A stretch of 37,742 nucleotides of DNA from a virus. Position numbers and translations under genes: made by a program. Under the pieces are notes generated by a model that saw only the letters and a program-made list of their open reading frames with translations, was not told where the DNA came from and searched no databases. Shown piece after piece: positions 32,748 through 37,742 of the stretch (its first letter is position 1; each line of letters begins with the position of its first letter). Location: IMG/VR virus record IMGVR_UViG_3300032893_000170, positions 1-37,742 of that record; one strand, written 5' to 3'.

Positions 32748-33248
32748 ATGAAACTTGAGCCCAAATTTAAAATCAATAAATCAGACCGTCTTTACATAAC
32801 AGACGATTATTTTTCAAACGGCCATTGGATTGTCGCTCGAAATTCGATTCAAAAACGAATTGATTGCCCAGTCTCGAAACAACTCCAGCAGCTGCTTTGC
32901 TTACGCAATGGCGCTTATTATGATGGACCTACGGGGTTCCCAAAGGAATACAGCGGCGACATAACCCGAGTCATTCCAAAACGAGATGAATACTTACCGA
33001 TCATAGATACGCCAGCCGGGGTTAAATTCGTTGGCAACGCCATACACGCGTATTACTTCTTCATTCAAAAAATAGACGAAGAAACAAGGGAAGACCAAAG
33101 TTTTCAAATCTATGTAGATCCATCTTATGTGCCACTTATTAGACTTGGTTATGGGTTTGCAAAATCAAAGCTTGATCCGATTCTTATTTTAAAAGAACAG
33201 GATATTAACTCCGATTTGGTCGGCGCCGTCATGCCGATGCGTTTTTGA
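32748..33248 (+). CDS. Beta-sliding-clamp-like single-domain protein (166 aa)
   Basis: The C-terminus IYVDPSYVPLIRL...DPILILKEQDINSDLVGAVMPMRF parallels E. coli DnaN IGFNVSYVLDVL...AAYVVMPMRL. The N-terminal LYITDDYFSNGHWIVAR recalls the ATDGHRLA strand. Confidence 0.5.
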   Translation: MKLEPKFKINKSDRLYITDDYFSNGHWIVARNSIQKRIDCPVSKQLQQLLCLRNGAYYDGPTGFPKEYSGDITRVIPKRDEYLPIIDTPAGVKFVGNAIHAYYFFIQKIDEETREDQSFQIYVDPSYVPLIRLGYGFAKSKLDPILILKEQDINSDLVGAVMPMRF

Positions 33249-33259
33249 AGAGGTGAAAT

Positions 33260-33541
33260 ATGATGCGACTTAAAGAATTTAAACAATTGAATGCAGCCAA
33301 AGGACTTCATTGGTTCGACAAGGGAACTATGCGGTTTTTTAACTCTCGTATTTTAGACTTTGACTGTATCTCTGGGTATTTTATTTCCAGCGAAAAACAA
33401 CTAATCACTGATCAGTGCCGCTATACGATCCGGAAGGCTGATTTTAAGACCGGGAATGTAACAACCATAGGCGAATTCTGTGAATATTCGACACTAAATC
33501 GAGCCCGTACTGCACTTAAAAAAATAAGGCATTCAAAATGA
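33260..33541 (+). CDS. Hypothetical protein (93 aa)
   Basis: GLHWFDKGTMRFFNSR...YFISSEK...RYTIRK resembles a recurrent phage small-protein pattern. Confidence 0.55.
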   Translation: MMRLKEFKQLNAAKGLHWFDKGTMRFFNSRILDFDCISGYFISSEKQLITDQCRYTIRKADFKTGNVTTIGEFCEYSTLNRARTALKKIRHSK

Positions 33542-33726
33542 AGTACACCGAAAAAATTCTTTTAAAGACAACTAAGGAACCCCGCGGCAAAAACTATAAA
33601 ACTACATCTTTTACACTACTTAAAGAAGACTACATTTTATTTAAAAATGTGTGTCAAAGTCTTGACAGATCGCCATCATCTGTACTAAGGGCGCTTGTTA
33701 AGCAGCTGATTGAGGATGCGCAATGA
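33538..33726 (+). CDS. Ribbon-helix-helix DNA-binding protein (62 aa)
   Basis: TSFTLLKEDYILFKNVCQSLDRSPSSVLRALVKQLIE gives a beta strand plus two helices, typical of CopG/Arc-type proteins. Confidence 0.55.
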   Translation: MKYTEKILLKTTKEPRGKNYKTTSFTLLKEDYILFKNVCQSLDRSPSSVLRALVKQLIEDAQ

Positions 33727-33920
33727 AAAAATGCTCAAACTGCTTTCAATTAAAATCGACCGACCAATTTTATGTAAAACGTCAAAACTTTGGCACAAAA
33801 AATGCGCCCTTAATAAAGCAGTCTTACCAGTCACGGTGTAAACAGTGCAACGCCGAGGTTGTCCGCGGCTACAATCAAAGAAAAAAACTAAGATCAAATA
33901 TTTTTTCCTTGCCAACTTAA
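33723..33920 (+). CDS. Zinc-finger protein (65 aa, CxxC...CxxC)
   Basis: CSNCFQLKSTDQF...CKQCN. Confidence 0.5.
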   Translation: MKKCSNCFQLKSTDQFYVKRQNFGTKNAPLIKQSYQSRCKQCNAEVVRGYNQRKKLRSNIFSLPT

Positions 33921-34083
33921 AATCATAGTCTTATATCCGCTTGGCTTGGCAGCAAAAACTATAAGACATTGATCAAGGCAACTCGTAAGGCATTGGTCAC
34001 ACCGCACGCGATGAGTTGATATTTTTACATCAGCACACAGCGCCAAGCACTTATTGCGTGCGGGTTTTAAAAGGCAGTACTTC

Positions 34084-34287
34084 ATGGCGCAAAACAAACC
34101 TGAAATAATAGACTATTTCGACGCACATCAGTTAGCTGGTTCCGATCCATATGATCCAGACAAAGACATTGGATCTATCGATGGCGAACTTCTTAAAAAA
34201 CTTGTTACTAGCGACCTCGCTAAATCGCTTGAAAATTCCCTCAAAGATCAAAAAAAATGGAAACACGATCGAAAGGAACAAAAATGA
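34084..34287 (+). CDS. Hypothetical acidic protein (67 aa)
   Basis: ATG 34084. The stop overlaps the next start (ATGA). Confidence 0.45.
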   Translation: MAQNKPEIIDYFDAHQLAGSDPYDPDKDIGSIDGELLKKLVTSDLAKSLENSLKDQKKWKHDRKEQK

Positions 34288-35075
34288 AACCATATTTTAT
34301 AGATAATTTACCAATGAATCTATATCACGCCGGAGATCAACTATCATCTAGTGGCTTAAAAGAACTCGCTTTGTCACCCGCGCATTACAAGGCAAGTCGC
34401 AACAAACCATTTGAACAAGAAATTATCGGAACACTTACTCACATGCGGGTATTAGAGCCAAAGCTATTTGAAGACACCGTTGTTTTTATTGAAGGACACC
34501 GCGGATCTAAGCTTGTTAAGGCAGAGGTGGAATCGGCTGAGGCAGAAGGTAAAATAGTTTGCAAGCCAGAGGAATATAAAAAAGTTGTTTTAATGTCTGA
34601 TGCTATTTTGGCACATCCACAGGCTGGTGTTTTATTTCAAGGCGGCGTTGCTGAGCGTTCATTTTATTGGGCAGACCCAGAGACAGGAGCTCTGTGTAGA
34701 TGTAGGGCTGACTACTTTATCGAAAAAAACATGATCGTTTCGGACATTAAGTATTTTTCAAAACTTATTGATTTTGAACTCCAATGTCAAATTAGAAAAA
34801 TGAAATACGATTGGTCAGCGGCATTTTACGAAGACGGAATTGGTATTGTAATGGGCAGGCCCGTACAAGTTTTTGCTCACGTATTTGTTGAAGAGCCTCG
34901 TTTTGTCGGCGATAACATAGGCGTGCGCGTAGTGACTATCGACGAACAAGATTTAGACGTAGCTCGTCGTGAATTTTTGCCATTAAAAGAAAGTTTTGCC
35001 GCCGCATATAAGGATCAAAAATGGCCTTCATATAACCAAGAAATAACAACCATTAGAACATTACCAAGATATTAG
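34284..35075 (+). CDS. PD-(D/E)XK exonuclease, RecE C-terminal/DUF3799-like
   Basis: YHAGDQLSSSGLKELALSPAHY, GTLTHMRVLEP and CRCRADYF...IVSDIKY give a D...(D/E)xK signature. Immediately upstream of recT. Confidence 0.7.
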   Translation: MKPYFIDNLPMNLYHAGDQLSSSGLKELALSPAHYKASRNKPFEQEIIGTLTHMRVLEPKLFEDTVVFIEGHRGSKLVKAEVESAEAEGKIVCKPEEYKKVVLMSDAILAHPQAGVLFQGGVAERSFYWADPETGALCRCRADYFIEKNMIVSDIKYFSKLIDFELQCQIRKMKYDWSAAFYEDGIGIVMGRPVQVFAHVFVEEPRFVGDNIGVRVVTIDEQDLDVARREFLPLKESFAAAYKDQKWPSYNQEITTIRTLPRY

Positions 35076-35083
35076 GAGAACAT

Positions 35084-36115
35084 ATGACAACCGAAAACAC
35101 AGCCGTTATAGAGAAAAAAACTGAAACCCTTCAAAACATTTTAAATCTAAACAAAGCCCAAATCGAGGCAGCGCTTCCAAAGCATTTAACTGCGGATCGG
35201 CTGCTTCGTATCGCAATGACAGAGGCCAGGAAAAATCCTGTACTTCTCGAATGCTCTCAGACAAGTTTTATCGGCGCAATAATCCAGACAGCACAGCTTG
35301 GTTTAGAGCCAGGCGGAGCGCTTGGACATTCTTACCTTGTGCCATTTAAAAATAAAAAAACAGGCCAAACCGATGTTCAATTTATTGTCGGATATCGAGG
35401 AATGATGGATCTTTCATATCGATCTCCACATGTCGATAGAGTTGTGGCCAGGGCTGTTTATGAAGGTGATAAATTCTTTTTCCAATATGGAACGGAAGAA
35501 AAAATTGAACACATTCCTGATCTCGAAGCCAACGGCCAGAAGCTAACTCATGTTTATGCGATAGTGTTTTTGAAGAGTGGTGGAAAAATATTTGATGTGA
35601 TGGAGAAGAAAGAGATCGAATCTACACGAAAAAGATCAAAGGCAGCAGAGTCCGGTCCCTGGGAAACCGATTACGAAGCAATGGCTAAAAAATCAGTGGT
35701 TAGACGTTTGTTCAAATATTCTCCGGTTTCGATCGAACTTCAAAATGCAATCGGTCTTGATGAGGCGGCAGAGCGTGGCGAACAACAAAACGGGTCTTTC
35801 ATTGAAACCACTGCAGAACATGTCCCTGAAAACAGAGCAACAAAACTAAGCGGAATAATCGCAGAAGAAAAAACAAAACAAAAACCAACAGAATCCGCAC
35901 AACCGATTCCGATTTCAAAGCCCTCTCAGGATGGCCGAATCGAGCTTGGCAAAGAAATCAATGCCGTCAAAAAAGCCCTTGGATGGACCAATGAACAATT
36001 TGCGACAAACGTGCTTCAACAGTTTGAAAAACCCACAGCACAATTAACTGTCGATGAAATGAAAGAGCTTCTTTTTATGATGAACCAAGATCTGCAAGAA
36101 AGAGATGGTGTATAA
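35084..36115 (+). CDS. recT: RecT-family single-strand annealing protein
   Basis: LLRIAMTEARKNPVLLECSQTSFIGAIIQTAQLGLEPGGALGHSYLVPF...VQFIVGYRGMMDL is a textbook RecT core. Confidence 0.9.
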   Translation: MTTENTAVIEKKTETLQNILNLNKAQIEAALPKHLTADRLLRIAMTEARKNPVLLECSQTSFIGAIIQTAQLGLEPGGALGHSYLVPFKNKKTGQTDVQFIVGYRGMMDLSYRSPHVDRVVARAVYEGDKFFFQYGTEEKIEHIPDLEANGQKLTHVYAIVFLKSGGKIFDVMEKKEIESTRKRSKAAESGPWETDYEAMAKKSVVRRLFKYSPVSIELQNAIGLDEAAERGEQQNGSFIETTAEHVPENRATKLSGIIAEEKTKQKPTESAQPIPISKPSQDGRIELGKEINAVKKALGWTNEQFATNVLQQFEKPTAQLTVDEMKELLFMMNQDLQERDGV

Positions 36116-36116
36116 A

Positions 36117-36974
36117 ATGAACAACGAACTCGTAAAATTCGATAAACTAGTGGCCGATGTAAAAATATTTTTGGCTCCAATTAAGGAAATCAAGGTAACT
36201 GATCTAAATACTGCTAAATCCGCATTGGACACAGTAAAACAGGTCAAAACATACACGAAGATGGTAGAAGATAAGCGAGTAGAGCTGGTGACGCCGCACA
36301 ATGATATCGTAAAAGAGATCAATGCGTATGCCAAGCAATTGCTAGCACCGCTTGCCGATGCAGAACGATCAATTAAAGATGGTATTGCTAAGTTTGAATT
36401 TGAACAAGAAAAGATACGACAAGCAGAAGCTAGGCGCATTGAAGAAGAGCGCATTGCAAAAGAAACGGCGATTGAACTTAAGCGTCAGAAAAAAGAGGCA
36501 GAAGAACGTGCCGCCAGAATTGCCGAAGAAAAACGCATCCAAAGCGAGCTTAGAGCCAAATTTGCTGCAGAAGAAAAAGAGCGCAAAGAATTAGAGGAGC
36601 TATTTGGAAAGTCAGACAAAGAAGAAAAACGACTAGCCGCCGAAGCTAAACAAAAAGAATTGGAGGCTGCAAAAGAAGCTGCCAGACTTAGAGAAGAAGC
36701 GGCTGAAAAACAAAGAGCTATTAATTTAGCCGCTGCCGAACGTGAAAAACAACAACGAGAAAAAGAAATAAAAAAACAACTGGCCGAGCTCGAAACATCG
36801 AGAACCAAGGGAATGCGCAAAACTTGGAAATTCGAAATAATGTCGATCAAAGATTTGCCAAGAATGTTTTTAATTCCTGATGAAGTTGCAATTCGCAAAT
36901 CCATCCTTTCGGGAACCAGAGAAATTCCAGGAGTTCGGATTTATGAAGAAAGTGAATTAACGGTGAGACGATGA
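36117..36974 (+). CDS. Coiled-coil protein, DUF1351-like (recombination-module associated)
   Basis: ATG 36117 lies one base after the recT stop. N-terminal layout VTDLNTAKSALDTVKQVKTYTKMVEDKRVELVTP, then a long Glu/Lys/Ala/Arg coiled coil. C-terminus WKFEIMSIKDLPRMFLIPDE...IPGVRIY. Confidence 0.55.
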   Translation: MNNELVKFDKLVADVKIFLAPIKEIKVTDLNTAKSALDTVKQVKTYTKMVEDKRVELVTPHNDIVKEINAYAKQLLAPLADAERSIKDGIAKFEFEQEKIRQAEARRIEEERIAKETAIELKRQKKEAEERAARIAEEKRIQSELRAKFAAEEKERKELEELFGKSDKEEKRLAAEAKQKELEAAKEAARLREEAAEKQRAINLAAAEREKQQREKEIKKQLAELETSRTKGMRKTWKFEIMSIKDLPRMFLIPDEVAIRKSILSGTREIPGVRIYEESELTVRR

Positions 36975-37198
36975 CTACCAGAACACAAGCAGCATTTCCA
37001 AGGCCACATTCAGAAAATAAATTTAATGAAGACCAAGCCTTTGCACAACAAGGACTAACAAAGCTAGAATATTTTATGGCGATTGCAATGCAAGGACTTT
37101 GTGCAAATCCAATAGCATGTCGTGGGCCTGATTATATCGCGGCAGAGGCCATGGATATCGCAACGGCAGCAATTAGAGAATTGGAAAAAGTAACATGA
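36971..37198 (+). CDS. Hypothetical protein (75 aa)
   Basis: ATGA overlap with the upstream gene. Carries the LEYFMAIAMQGLCANP motif. Confidence 0.5.
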   Translation: MTTRTQAAFPRPHSENKFNEDQAFAQQGLTKLEYFMAIAMQGLCANPIACRGPDYIAAEAMDIATAAIRELEKVT

Positions 37199-37239
37199 AT
37201 ATTTCTAATTACGAAGACGCTTTCAAAGGAGCTAATAGA

Positions 37240-37742
37240 ATGAAAATAAAAATAGGCGACTTAATTGTATCGGACGACATGGAAGTTGATTTCGAAGACA
37301 TTACGGGATCTTTAACCATAGAAACTGGAGTTAAATTTAAAGCTAAGAATTTGAAAAAAGTCGGTGGAGATTTGTGCATCCACTCCAACGCGACGCTGAA
37401 TGTCGATAAACTAGAAACGATCGGTGGAGATTTGTACATCCACTCCAACGCGACGTTGAGTGCTGATAAACTAGAAACGATCGGTGGAAATTTGTACATC
37501 CACTCCAACGCGACGTTGCCGAAACTAGAAACGATCGGTGGATATTTGTACATCCACTCCAACGCGACGTTGCCGAAACTAGAAACGATCGGTGGAGATT
37601 TGTGCATCCACTCCAACGCGACGTTGAGTGCTGATAAACTAGAAACGATCGGTGGATATTTGTACATCTACTCCAGCGCGACGTTGAGTGCTGATAAACT
37701 AGAAACGATCGGTGGAGATTTGTACATCCACTCCAACGCGAC
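37240..37742 (+). CDS. N-terminal part of the LRR-like tandem-repeat protein (open at the window end; continues at 1..723)
   Basis: ATG 37240 lies 7 nt after aaggag. The frame stays open to the last base. The ORF track lists only the antisense shadow here. Confidence 0.75.
   Translation, partial: MKIKIGDLIVSDDMEVDFEDITGSLTIETGVKFKAKNLKKVGGDLCIHSNATLNVDKLETIGGDLYIHSNATLSADKLETIGGNLYIHSNATLPKLETIGGYLYIHSNATLPKLETIGGDLCIHSNATLSADKLETIGGYLYIYSSATLSADKLETIGGDLYIHSNA
37354..37742 (+). repeat. In-frame tandem repeat array (54/60-bp units, 6 complete units plus a truncated seventh)
   Basis: Units start at 37354, 37408, 37468, 37522, 37576, 37636 and 37696. The last 47 bp equals bases 1-47. Confidence 0.9.

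Noticed and set aside
36044-36904. Two minus-strand ORFs (136 and 139 aa) opposite the coiled-coil gene
   Set aside because: The sense strand is purine-rich (GAA/AAA/GCN). The antisense frames therefore lack stop codons by composition, and their products are low-complexity Ser/Phe/Ala/Leu.
37209-37667. 152-aa minus-strand ORF listed in the track (repeating PPIVSS...ALEWMYK)
   Set aside because: It is the antisense shadow of the tandem repeats. The plus strand has a proper RBS and ATG at 37240. Its frame continues across the junction into a non-repetitive domain with a stop at 723.
37354-37742. Codon-focused variation (gat/tat/aat) in the repeats as a diversity-generating retroelement target
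   Set aside because: There is no reverse transcriptase and no template/variable repeat pair anywhere in the genome. The variation is between units of one array, not between a TR and a VR.
37696-37742. 47-bp identical ends as T7-style direct terminal repeats
   Set aside because: The overlap lies inside a coding tandem repeat, keeps the reading frame when collapsed, and is far shorter than T7-type DTRs. An assembly closure overlap is the simpler reading.

Overview
The window reads as one complete tailed-phage genome of podovirus type, about 37.7 kb and roughly 40% GC by eye. Its first and last 47 bp are identical, so it is probably a circularly closed assembly. Two divergent arms leave a control region at about 31.7-31.9 kb.

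Late arm, minus strand (31708 down to 7000): small and large terminase, portal, scaffold and major capsid. These are followed by T7 gp11/gp12-like tail-tube proteins, gp13-16-like internal/ejection proteins, three receptor-binding proteins, one unknown AT-rich gene, and a five-gene lysis cassette ending in a T4-type lysozyme.

Early arm, plus strand (31885 to 37742, wrapping to 1-6999): two secreted small proteins, a beta-clamp-like protein, RHH and Zn-finger proteins, and a RecE-like exonuclease plus RecT. It also holds a tandem-repeat LRR-like protein that spans the window ends, a C5 cytosine methyltransferase, a DUF1064-like nuclease, an orphan SNF2 C-lobe and several tiny lysine-rich proteins.

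I saw no RNA or DNA polymerase, integrase, tRNA or CRISPR array.

The most unusual signal is in the methyltransferase locus (1216-2214). The annotated frame carries the large-domain motifs I-VIII and X. The elements expected for the small domain (repeated xTPxAxD segments and a motif-IX-like LNPxWVEWLMG) are encoded by a fully nested, stop-free 288-codon ORF in the +2 frame. This suggests a nested two-chain enzyme, recoding, or compensating indels.

All family assignments are by-eye motif recognition. No searches were run.
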